In this document: positions 34,108 to 45,871 of the stretch, in pieces
Layout: each line of letters begins with the position of its first letter
Position numbering within the stretch: the first letter of the stretch is position 1
Assembly (NCBI GenBank): GCA_949358305.1
Contig: OX442314.1
Location: 13,144,001 to 13,208,000 of the forward strand
Length of the DNA: 64,000 nt
Reading direction: 5' to 3'
Source of the DNA: Strigamia acuminata
Taxonomy: Eukaryota
Translations under genes and position numbers: made by a program
Notes under the pieces: model-generated
Database searches by the model: none
Seen by the model: only the letters and a program-made list of their open reading frames with translations
Told to the model about the DNA's origin: nothing

Positions 34108-35450
34108 TCATCATCTAATCAGTACACCAGCGAAGTTGTCTTTAAACAGATTAAGAATTCCTCTAGAACAATCTTCCGTTCTCATTTTCTCGATTAAGTA
34201 TTCACATTGCCGTATTCTTACCACGCCTATTGATGTCTCTCGTCTCTTACACATAAACTAGATACAGTTTCTCTTCATTTTTATAAGCAAGTAAGGATAA
34301 AGATCCACAACATTTAAATAATTCTATTGACCAAGTGGCTGAGAACTTTCGAGCGACTGATATCCCTGTCTGACGGTGCAAACTAAATAGGAGAGTTCTA
34401 GCAGTGCCATTCTAGCGTATCTAAATTGTTTAACCAATACGAACTTTGTGACAAATGCACTGAAGATTTTCTTTTAAAACAAAATACAGATTTTTAGTGT
34501 TAATTTTTACAGTAATTCATCTATAAAGTAGCTTTAAAAAGTTACAGTGAACCCAAAATAACTGACAGTGGTTGCAAACAAGATCATTGGCAGGAAGTGA
34601 CATCATTAAATTTAACACACAATTAGGCACTGGATGAAAAAATAATTTTGTTACTCCTGCTCCTGCACAAAAATGATTTGTTTTTTGTTTTTATCAATTT
34701 TGTTTACTCAAATTTTAAATTTTTGGCAAACATTTTCCCAGAATTTTTTCCCAATGATATTGATTACCCGTTACGAGCATACAAAAACTGACAACAACAA
34801 TGAAAATTGCTGAAACTTTAAATGTATTTTTTCAATCTTTCTGTCAACAAGTAAGTTAAGATCATTTACCAAAAAGGGTTTTTGAAAAAGGTGATTGATG
34901 ATTGGTAGCTTGATATCGCAGCGGCTGATAAAAGCAGTCAGATAGCTGATATTTGGCATCAGATAACAAAGGAACCCATCCTTCTAAATATAAATGCTGC
35001 TTTGCTGGAAACTGTGCTCTCAGCTAACGCGTTAAAGAGTAGCTGCATTCAAACAGTCGTGATACAAGTGTTTCAGCTTGTTTTGTTGTTGTTTCGTTGT
35101 GTTAAAAAATATAAAAACTTGAACACATCAAATACTTAAAATGTTATTTTTTTGAATGCTGCTGTGACTGTCTGTTTGCAGCTCCTTGGCCCTAGGCGGA
35201 GCTGCAGTTCCGGAAGTGGTCGTTGGATTACAAAGGAAAAAAGGGCAGTGGTAAATTTACACCACTTGGGGGCCCTGACTTCAAAATAATTGGGGCCCGA
35301 TGGGGAGTGAGGAGAGGATGACCATTCCCCATGAATTATTTTTTACATTTTTTGAATAAATAACCCCTGAAATTAGAAGAAATAAAGCAGAAAACATAAA
35401 AAAATATCAAATATTGGTATAATTGTTAAAATCTTTTAAAAAATCATTTG

Positions 35451-35684
35451 TACACTCAAAACCACCACAACGTTGACCTATTCCAGCCGGTTTACGCCTA
35501 ACTGTGTACTGTGTTCTACTAGTGGAAAAGTAGTTCTATGCCTTTGACAATGAAACACTTTTTTTGATCGATCACAATGTCTGGAGTTTTTTTACAAATA
35601 TGGTGTTATGAGCTACTTTTTTGTGCCACTACACCAGTGATACGGCTCGAACAATAGGTCAACGTTATGGTGGTTTTGAGTATA
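35451..35684. mobile_element. TATACTC-family MITE
   Basis: TIR tacactcaaaaccaccacaacgttgacctatt / aataggtcaacgttatggtggttttgagtata. Core ggaaaagtagtt and gccactacaccagtga. Confidence 0.85.
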
Positions 35685-38600
35685 GTCGTTTTGCGAGAAT
35701 AGGGCTGCATATTCACAAACTACGGGCGCTTCAGGAATCTTTGCAGCCAGAAGTGACTAATGCATCTATTATTAACGCAGGACGGCAAGTTCCCTGCTCA
35801 CTGCTCAGATTGCGCTAACCTCACCTTAACTGGGTCAAACAAAGCAAAGCAAAACAAACTAAAACCCACACAGACAATAAACAGGGATTTCTGAAGCGCT
35901 TGCAGTTTGTGGAGTGTTCGGCACTCCAATTCTTATCAATTGTATTTATGATAATTTGTGACGCTGCCCCCTGTATAAAACGCGCCCCCTGTATAAAACC
36001 ATGAATAAATCAACACTTATGAAAATACTCCTGTACGTGATGCCTCGTGTATGACTACATCCGACTACATCCAACTACAATCAGTGCAATCCAAAGTACG
36101 AAACACGACAGTTTGTAAATGTGCGATAGGGCCAGGGTCTCCTAAATGACGGGGCCTCCGGCACTCGTCAACCTCCCTATAATCCGTCACTGGCCAGAGA
36201 CAGTGGCACAACCGGGTCAAGAAGTCTTCGACGAGCGTGACTTCTGCAAGTCAAACCATGAACTTGAAGAGAATTGACTCTGCCGGCCTCGGGATCTTGA
36301 GTGATCCACATGGGTCGTGCGTAACAGCAAGGTGCGATCCAATTTCGCTAACCGTGCGGTCTTCGATCACGTGGTCAGCGGTTGGTCAAAGTTGGACTGT
36401 AGTAATGCAACCTAAGCATTGGGAAATGCACTTTAGGATTCACTGATCCCTAGACAAACCAAATAAAAGCCGTAAGGGTGTGAAGTCACGTTTTGGAGTG
36501 TAATTAACATGATAAGCAGACCAATTATGAGCAACTTCTATTTGTGCTGTGGAAGTGATTTTTTTTTCTTCCAATTTCCAATTTGAAATTGTATTTGGTT
36601 TTGAGATAACGGAAGTTTTCTCATGTCAGTCTCCATACTGTTATAATGACAGGTTGAAGCGATTTGTGGTGGATGCGCAGCACAGCGCTATGGGAAACAT
36701 GTTTTGACAAGTGTCACAACCATGAAAAGAATTCTTTTCCCTTCGTTTTACTTTTCTATAGTCTGAAAATTACTTTGTAAATTTGTGGATTTTTGTATAC
36801 GAAACAAAGTTATCTATTCCCGCTGATTTAATATCGCATTATTATCACACAAGCTGGATGTTTTTTTTTTTATTATTTATTTTTACAAATCTTTTCTTTT
36901 TACCGCTTGCCTCGTCCTTTGTGTTGCATCCAATCGATTACCGGTATTTTATTTTTTCTTTTCTTTTTCTCTTCTTCCTTTGCCTCAAAGTTATTTTTAT
37001 TTCTTTGGAATTGGTTTTGAAGGCGATATTATTCTTAGAGCAAAGTTTGTTAATAAAATAAGCCTATTCATTATTTTTTCGCCCATTTTCAAGTCCCAAC
37101 TATAAAACCGAAGTCAAATGCTCAGCATAAAAGTTGCAGAGCTACAGTGCTTATTGAAATTCAGACTCCTTTTTTCCCCACCTCAGATTTACCTAGCCAC
37201 TCAAAAATAAAGTGCACAAAGAAACTTTCAGTGTGATTGCTTTTTTTTGTCTTCAAAAATGCTTGGAAGCACTCAAAAGGAGCAGCCATCAGACAGGTTC
37301 GATTTCTTTTGAAGTTAACTATGAAAATTTAACTCGAGCGAAAATGGGACCTCAAAATAAATAAGATAATGTGAACAAATGGTATTTGCTGGTTGTTGCA
37401 AATCGTATTAGAGTGAGAAAGAGAAGTTAGAGTTGGAAAATTGTCACGTTTACTGTCGCACTTGGCTATTTCATATCGAACACCGGGTGTACCCAAGAGG
37501 CCTTTTATGTCAACAAAGTTGGAGACGCAGTGGTGAGTTCTACTTAAAAATCTGTTGATGTTGCTCCTCTCATCAAGCCCTCGTGCCACCAGCAACCATC
37601 AGATAATTGCACTTTCAAAGCCTTTTGTCTTTCCTATTTTTCCTCTGGTGTCAGCCACACACAAGGTGATATCCTCTCAACAACTTTTTTGCTTCTCCTT
37701 TCACGCGTGAACCGTCGTTCTTGTCAAATTATAATGCTTATTGAAGATTATACTTTATAAAATGCTATTTATATCTATTTACCGTATATAACATACGGTA
37801 AATGGTGTTTAATCTGAATTTTGTTTCGTTTTTACATGTAAAATGCAAGTCCTGCGAAAATTTTGATAAATTTAGATAAATTTCAGAAAATTTTGAAAAA
37901 TTGCAGATTTTTAATCATTCGTGTAGTTAAGTTATCTTTCACAGGAAAGATAAATGTTCAGAAACATAATTAAAGGGATGGTAATTTAAATTTCTCGCCG
38001 GGGAAGTTTAGGACCATTGGACCGGCGCTGACTGATGGTTTGCGTTAGAAAATCACGAGTCATTCGCGTCAGGTGTCGCTCTTACTTTAGGAAAATGCTA
38101 AGGCCAGTTGAGGAATTTTTGGGGCCCAAAATCCATACAGTCTTGAGTAAAAATAAACAACAATAAAGTCATTAACAAAATTAATTTACAGCAGCGTGAT
38201 AGTCAAATTTTGTTGCTTTATTTCCTTTGTGCGCAACACAATTGTCGTGTTAAATGCATGCGCAGAATGTGATGCGCGGTTTGAATTTGGCATCAAGATA
38301 CCGGGCGCCAACTGTAGTTAATCGGTACTAAACTTTTTCATATTAAATGCAGCTAGAGGACACACTGGTTTATGAAATCGGTGCCATTAATTTCGATTGC
38401 CACCGTGAGTGTTGTAAATTTCAGTAGGTGCATTCGAAAAGTCATTTAGTCTGCTTTATCTTCTTTGACGACCGATTTTCAGTCACCGTCGGCGTGCTCA
38501 CAACGGTTATGCAACAAAACATGTTTAAGTGCATCAAAACACGATTTCCAGTTAACAAGTCTTAACCTCCATTAAAACACAACTCAGGTGTTCAAATAGT

Positions 38601-39989
38601 TATACTTTAAATTAGATAAACCAGGTATTTCAGAATGCAGCTGCTTTGGCTTTGATGTTCTATTAAAATAATATTGTTTTGGACAAAACATATTTTTAAT
38701 ATTAAAATTCTAATTTTCCTATTTTCCCAGTAATCGCCCCTAGGATTTTCGAATCGTCTTTCCCCGACATTTAAACAACAAAACATTATACGTGACTTTA
38801 CGGTGATACATTTAAGAAATGTATTTACCGGAAATATATTGGGAGCCATTGCGGCCTCATTTTGTGATTGAGAGGAATATTTGGCCTCAAGGCACTTAAT
38901 GCAGAAATGCAATATATTAAAATTAATGAGACATTTGGGGCATTGACTTAGTTGAGGCGGAGGCTGGTAACATCAATTGATCGACTAGATCGTGTCTTGA
39001 TAAAGTAGCCCACAGCTTGCTTTTTACAAATTCCCATCTGAAAAGGCAAACTAAGTGGTGAAGAGGCGAGGCGAGGACCGAAGAGCCAGTCGAAAACATG
39101 TGCTTTGATTCTCTCGTTCTACTTTATGGTGGCCATTATATAACCGAGTAATAAATTTTGCATACCGTTTCGAAAGGTTGTCTCTCTTTCCTCTTCTTGC
39201 GTTCACCTGTAGAATTTGACGTGTTAGAAACTCTCATTAATTTCTTTTTTTCCTTTAACAAGTTTGATGTCAGCTCGGCGCAAATGCGGACGGCACTCGA
39301 TGATGGCCATAAACATTAATTATTCATTTTTCATTTTGATCCACGTTGAAGCGCGGTGTGAAAAGTAGCGAGCCGAGACAGGAAAATAGCGCACAGAGAG
39401 AATAATTCTCTTCAATTTTCGGCCAAATCGATCGTCTGCAAAGAGCGCTCGCGAAAAAAAAGCCATCTTTTCCATCTCTCGCTCTCTTGCGCGCAGGATA
39501 TTTGGAGATGACGCCCTTATCACAGCCATACCTGCAGTGACAGATATATTCACGCTGCGGAATTCGAATGGGATTGGAGCGAGGAAATTTGCAGAAAAAA
39601 TAGCGTGTTATATTATAATTTGAATTGGAAGGAATAAATTGCGAATGGCATAGCGTTCGTTCTGCGAGAGAGAATGAAGATGAGCGATAACTAATGCCAT
39701 CGTGTGTGATTGAGCATGAAGCAAGAAGAAAGGGTGTAGTGTGCGAATAAAGGGCTCAGTTGCTATTTATTGGTGTCGTATCGACTGCGCTTGAAATGCG
39801 GTCGAGGGGACTAAAGATGATGAATGAAGTCATCCCGATGCAGTCGGATGAACGTAATTTGAAACATGCTTGTATGTCGCCCGGTCTGAATTTTTTCTGC
39901 TTTTCTTTGGGTTTTTTGTATATATGTATGTGAATGGCGATGCATTTGTTTTATCTGGGAAAATTGGATTGCCACTATAGCTTTGCCTT

Positions 39990-40298
39990 CCGTTAAGCGT
40001 CGGCTTGGCCCTCATTCATCAACAAGAAGCATGCTGATAACGACAGTCGGGTCTTCGGCAGCGCCATCTCTCTCGAGCCAAGAAAAGGCCATAACCGGAG
40101 GCCATTTGCTGAATCGACGTTTTGGGACTCCTGTGCGAGGAACAACTGCGTTCCATAACCATCGGAAGGGAAGTCCCTGCCCTCCGTTTCGAAGCATATT
40201 CGTCCATCTTGTTGGAGCATGTCCAGATTCCCTTGTTGCTCGCGCGGACAACCTTATCTTGGGTATTCTAGCTGCACACTGATGAGGCTGACGACAGA
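39990..40298 (+). pseudogene. Possible decayed 3' end of a Penelope-like element (GIY-YIG C-terminus plus start of a hammerhead)
   Basis: GC-rich patch translating, with frameshifts, to SA..FINKKH...E...RR.FAES...NH.RKG.SLPSV.KHI. This is reminiscent of Penelope endonuclease C-termini. It is followed by CTGATGA-GGCTG-ACGA-CAG at 40279. Confidence 0.4.
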
Positions 40299-40428
40299 TC
40301 ATTTTTCTAATCAGTTAAATTTAACGCTGTCTGAAGTGGAAAACTGATAAAAACAGATAAAAAAAGTATATAAATTTTTATGTTGTTTGTTCAACGAAAA
40401 TTTGTAAATATCGTAAATACTATCCGGA

Positions 40429-40850
40429 TCTAAATTGATCAAAATGTCTGAAATAAATGTATGATTGGAACAAAACGACTGAAATTAATGTCTAACTTCA
40501 ACAAAATGACTGAAATTAATGTCTAAATTCAACAAAATGACTAAAATAAATGTCTGAATTGAACAAAACGACTAAAATAAATGTCTAAATTGATCAAAAA
40601 GACTAAAATTAATGTCTAAATTGATCAAAACGACTAAACTAAATGTCTAAATTGATCAAAACGACTAAAATTAATGTTAGAATTGATCAAAACAACTAAA
40701 ATAAATGCTTAAAGTGATCAAAATGTCTAAAATAAATGTATGAATTGAACAAAATGTCTAAAATAAATGTATGAATTGAACAAAATGACTTAAATTAATG
40801 TCTAAATTGATCAAAACACCTAAAATAAATGTCTAAATTAACCAAACCGA
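40429..40850. repeat. 31-bp minisatellite, about 13 copies
   Basis: Consensus aaattgatcaaaacgactaaaataaatgtct repeated in tandem with substitutions. Confidence 0.95.
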
Positions 40851-42263
40851 TTGAATTCAATATTTACATCTTGGTTCTGCCAATAGAGCGCGGGTGTTCT
40901 ATCAGAGCATTTACGGTGGTTTATTTTTAAACCCACGTGATCACGTCTCAAACTCAACCAATCAGCGAAGAGTTCATTTATAAAGATTATAATCATTTCA
41001 ATCTCACTTCTCTGCATGGCACTACACGGCACTACATTGCACACATCGTCTCATCTTTCGGAACATATCGCTCGATGTGTGATTTGCTTGACAGTCAAAT
41101 ATGGTCCGTATTACTGTAAGAATAAATATGTCAGAAGTGTCAAACTGTCCATTTGAATTCAAGATGACTGCCAAACATAATTATGCGACTTTTCTCAGTC
41201 AAAACACAATAATTTTCTTTTAGTTTTGCACTTTTCGTAATCAGATTTTTCCTTGGCTCCAGCAAATACAAAATTAACAGGCGAAGCAAATCCAATGTAA
41301 ATATTTGCTTTGCTTGTGGACTATTGCTTTAAAATGTGCTCGTTTCGCAGCATTTTTTCAACGAAATCGGAAATGTTAATACACGTGGATCAATAGCCAA
41401 ACAATGCAGTATTGACTAGGTTTTGTGTTACATTTCTTTTCTTGCGGATGGTCTTTGCAATTTTTTCTCTCCACAGAAGCAAAAAACTAATTCTTTTTTC
41501 TCCTTTTCGTTCTTTCTTTTACCTATATTCTTTCTTTCTTCGACTTTTTGCCCATTATTGCTTAAAATGAAATGTTGTCGGTGATGGATAGGAGCCAAGT
41601 CGTGTTTGTAAATTTGCCAACAACACTTCTTTCTGATCCTATTGCACAGTTGAATCGGTTTGGAACTAGGGCATTGAAAACATAGTGACGTATAAAGTTT
41701 CACCAACATGCTGCAACTTGATTGTGGTGCCACGAGCTCATTCCGTAAGAGAATAGCATAATACGAATCATTTCAACTGAGTCAGCTTTATGGGTTGTGT
41801 AATTCAAAAAGGAGAAAAGGGGGCAGGCAATTCTCCGAGTTTTGAAAAAGATTTATAAAGTGGAAAGTTTATTTTCCTGGTTAATTACTCGAGGCATGTG
41901 CGTGGCATAGGGTTAAGGAAAATGGCGATAAATCGTACTAACTGGGGGACTCTGTGGTTGAGTTATTGCACTAAGAATGATTGGTGTGATCGTACGGAAC
42001 AGAAGGATTTCGGCAAAAAAAGGGCGGATTTTAAATTCATAGTTTTCGCACTCGTTTTAAACAGGAATTAAGCTCGAGATTTATGGACTTGAAATTGAAG
42101 GGTTTTTAAGCTGAGTTGCAAGTGGCAATAGGGATTATGGACTACAAATGAGGTGTGCAATATCGCACATTTATGCAGGAAAATAGTCGACTAGATTTTT
42201 GCGAAGTAATGAAGCAAAATATTAATTGTATGAATAACAAATAAATGACGTTACTTAGGTTAA

Positions 42264-42665
42264 CCTTCCCATAGCCATGGTAGGTCAAAAAAATTACAGA
42301 AGTGGAAAAATCAATGTAATTCTTTTTTTTCTGATAATTAATTAATGAGGTTAACTTGTATTCCTCAAAAACTTTTTTTTCTTATTTTATAATGTCTAAA
42401 TACAAATAGTTTTTCAATTATTATTAAGATAATTTAATATTTATAACATAAAACACCCTTAATGGGAGCGCCGTACACTGCTTTGCCATCTGTTTGCACT
42501 AGGTGGCGTATTAAAATTAGTCCTAAAACATGTGCTTTTACCAGGAAAAATGCGATTGCACCAGGAAAAATGTGATTCTGCACATGCGCAGAAGCATTTT
42601 AAAAGAAGGCCGATTTGACCGACCTTAGCTAGCAATGGTGGAAACTAGGCTTGGCTATGGGAAGG
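42264..42665. mobile_element. piggyBac-like MITE
   Basis: TTAA on both flanks and perfect 14-bp TIR ccttcccatagcca. Confidence 0.85.
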
Positions 42666-45457
42666 TTAACCCAACCTAGGGTCAATTTTGACTTGCAAAA
42701 GTGTTTTTATTTTTTTTCTCGAAAACTATCAGGATTTTTGTTCTGAAATTTCATGTATTTTCATTTAACATCATAATAAGCAATAAAAAAAAACAATAGA
42801 TTTAAAAATCACAATTTTTTTTTTTACAAAATTCCTTTGTTTACTCACTACTTTTGAATACAATGCCAATTATTTTTGTCCCTCTCTTTTGACAAATGCC
42901 GAATTGCTTAAATTTCTTCATAAACATGAAATACTGAGAGAATAAAATCATTTTCACTCATTTTTGGAAAAGTTTTTTTCGGCTTGGGGTAAAAAATGAC
43001 CCGGGTTGGGTGAGTAAGGGATTTATATGAGTTATTCGAGTTATTCGGTCTTTCGGATGTTATTGTTATGTGCGATTTTCATATTACACGCTGTGCGGGT
43101 AACCACGGTTTTACAGTTGGAATTTCGGATGGCTTAGTACGTTTCGTCGTTGAATTTACATTTAATCGAGTGTGAGTGAACAGCTTTCTAATTTTAAATC
43201 CGTTTATGAAGTTATAAAACCGTAAAGTGAGCTTATTACACGCCTCTTAATTGTGTTAAATTGTGAGATATGTGATTGGTTGTCTGCGGTCAAATGATCT
43301 ATCATTGGGAGTGTGCGAGGATGCGTGTGAAACCAATTTGTGAGCTACTTTTTTTTTTAACTCGGTTAATTGCAACAACAAAAATTATTGCAAAAATTAA
43401 TTTCCAATTAAATTTTGGCATTTAATGATTTAATCTTCAGCCACAAGACAAGCAGCGCCGCCGTGCTCGAAATCTAAACCAATAATAAGATGGATTGCAA
43501 TTTTAGACTGTGGAACAAAAATCGTTGATTTTGTGGGGCATTCCAATACTATCGTTTCGTTAAGCCAATAATGGCGTGTTGGGCTGTTTCCGGAACTATT
43601 CGTGTTGTGTTGCAGATACGGCTGAAACGAACACGCGATTTGATTCGCGCTTAACAATCATCACACGTGTGCGTCGTTGTTTCTTGTTGTTTTTTGTTTT
43701 TTGCTGCCATTTTCCTCCGATCTAACCAGGTATCTGCTGCTTTATTGTCTTCATTACTATTTAATCTAATTAAAGACAACATGCAAGTACAAGTGGAGTC
43801 ATTTATCCGATCTAAATGTTTACTTCTGAGAATTTGTTAAGTTCATTTAGTGCAAATTGTCTAGGGGATTCATCAACACAAAATAATTTTGAACAAATTT
43901 ATAAATCGCATGATATTGGACAATTAAAAAACCTCCGCACAAATTTACGATTTCGGATAAATTTTATCCAATAATATATCCCTGGTTGGTGGCTTTTTTA
44001 TTACCTTTTTTTGGAAATATAAAAAATTCTAAATATATATTAAAAGAAATAAAGATATCAAGCCGTGGAAATAAAAGCCATTTATCAATAGTTTGACGGT
44101 AATCTTGATTCAAGCTATATTTGGCGCAATAATAACGAAAAATTATTGCTTTACCCAATATTGGAAGACAATTTATATATATTTTGTCAAAGAAATAAGT
44201 TAAATTGGTTGGAAATAATTTGTAAGAGGAATTTTAAAAAAGGGGTAATTTTTTTTAAAATTTTTTTTTTCTGGAAAAAAAGAGTGGAAAAAGAAAGTTG
44301 GAAGTGGTTTTGCAAGACTTTTCCAATTGCCCGAGTTTGACTTTTAAGGGGATTATATCGGGAAGAAGCTTAACAAACAGCTGAAATGATCTTTGTCTCG
44401 TCCGTTACCTCTTTTTCCCTCCTCTGCCGAGTATTTGTTTTGCAGTTACGAACAAAAGGCTTTAAAGAGACTTGATCAGCGGATTTTTGCAACAGCACAA
44501 TCTTGTGTGTTTTGGATGGAAGCTGAGCGTGTTTACAGCCGTCATTAAATTTGGCTCGTATGAAGTGCTTCAAGTTCATTATTAGCTCGAAATTTATGGT
44601 TATTCTGTGCCGTTGGTGCAGTAATTGGCTCACTACGTGTCAGATTATGGAAGAAGGAAATTTTCAGTAATTTTTTTCGCGAAATATGTTCGTGATTTCT
44701 GAACTCGGTATGAAAAATGATGTTATAAGTTTCACCTCGTATCCCCATTTAATATCGAAATTTTATGGCGATTAATGCGGCAAAAAAATATATTATTTTT
44801 TTAAAAAAAAAGGGATTTGAAAATTTTTTTATTTTTTTTTTATTTTTGGATTTCAAGTCTTAAATGAATTTTCTTGTTGTGGTTGTTTGCTATCTGGGAC
44901 CATCGACTTGGTCCTAAGGCATCGCGATTTGCAAAAGCAGTGTGGAAGTAAAGCTGCTTGAAAGTGAATGAATTCCCTTTGGCTTTGACATGACTGTGAC
45001 TCACCTTTGGACTTGAAGTCAAGGAGGACTTCACTGCATTCCCACTAGCTTTGCCTGATCTGATGGCTTGTTTTTTGTGTGGAACAAATCTTATTTTGCA
45101 GCACCATGGAATTTGAGTGTGTGCCTTTTTCTTGTGTAAAAGTATGGTTGAATCATGAACAATTCACACTTCCACAATTACAGAAGTTAGAAAGTTTTCT
45201 GGAAAAAAAAATAACAGGATTGTTTTCTTCAAATTGTTCTATCCACAGCCATGGCCATACATAACAAAAATTGAAGAAATAGTAAAATAGTAAATCTTGT
45301 TTCCCGAAAATTAAATAAGATGACCAATTTGGATTCTGCGAAAAAAAATTTTCTTATACTTGTATTATAATCTTTAAGATAATTTAATATTTATAACATA
45401 AAATACGATTAACGGGAGCGCCGTACACCAGTTTAGCACTAGGTGGAATATTGAGAT

Positions 45458-45871
45458 TATACTCTGGCTCATCATAAAAGGGTGAATTTTTCCTATTGGC
45501 CAGAGCAATTTTACTGGTGTAGGTATACATAAAAGTAGGCCAAAATACATGTTGACTGCTTGCCAGACAAAACAACCAATCAAAAAATTCAAAAATTGCT
45601 TGCTTTCCTGACAAAGCAACCAATAAACTGAACAACTGAACAAACATGTATTTTGAAATAAGAACAGCATAAAACATTGTTTTAAGATTTTTAGGAACAT
45701 TTTATTGTAAAATCCAAATAAATTTACAACATTTCAACCATTACAATAATCAAACAAATTAAAAACAGAACAAAACTACTTTCCCTGGTGGCAGTATAAA
45801 GGCAGCAGTTAGGAGTAAACAGGCTCTGGCCAATAGGAAAAATTCACCCTCTTACGATGAGCCAGAGTATA
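45458..45871. mobile_element. TATACTC-family MITE, inserted in a degenerate copy of the 42264 element
   Basis: About 48-bp TIR tatactctggctcatc.taa.agggtgaattttcctattggccagagc. Core is in the opposite orientation to the 33719 copy. Confidence 0.88.

Noticed and set aside
40429..40850. CRISPR-like or coding repeat
   Set aside because: Head-to-tail 31-bp units with no spacers and no open frame. It is an ordinary minisatellite.
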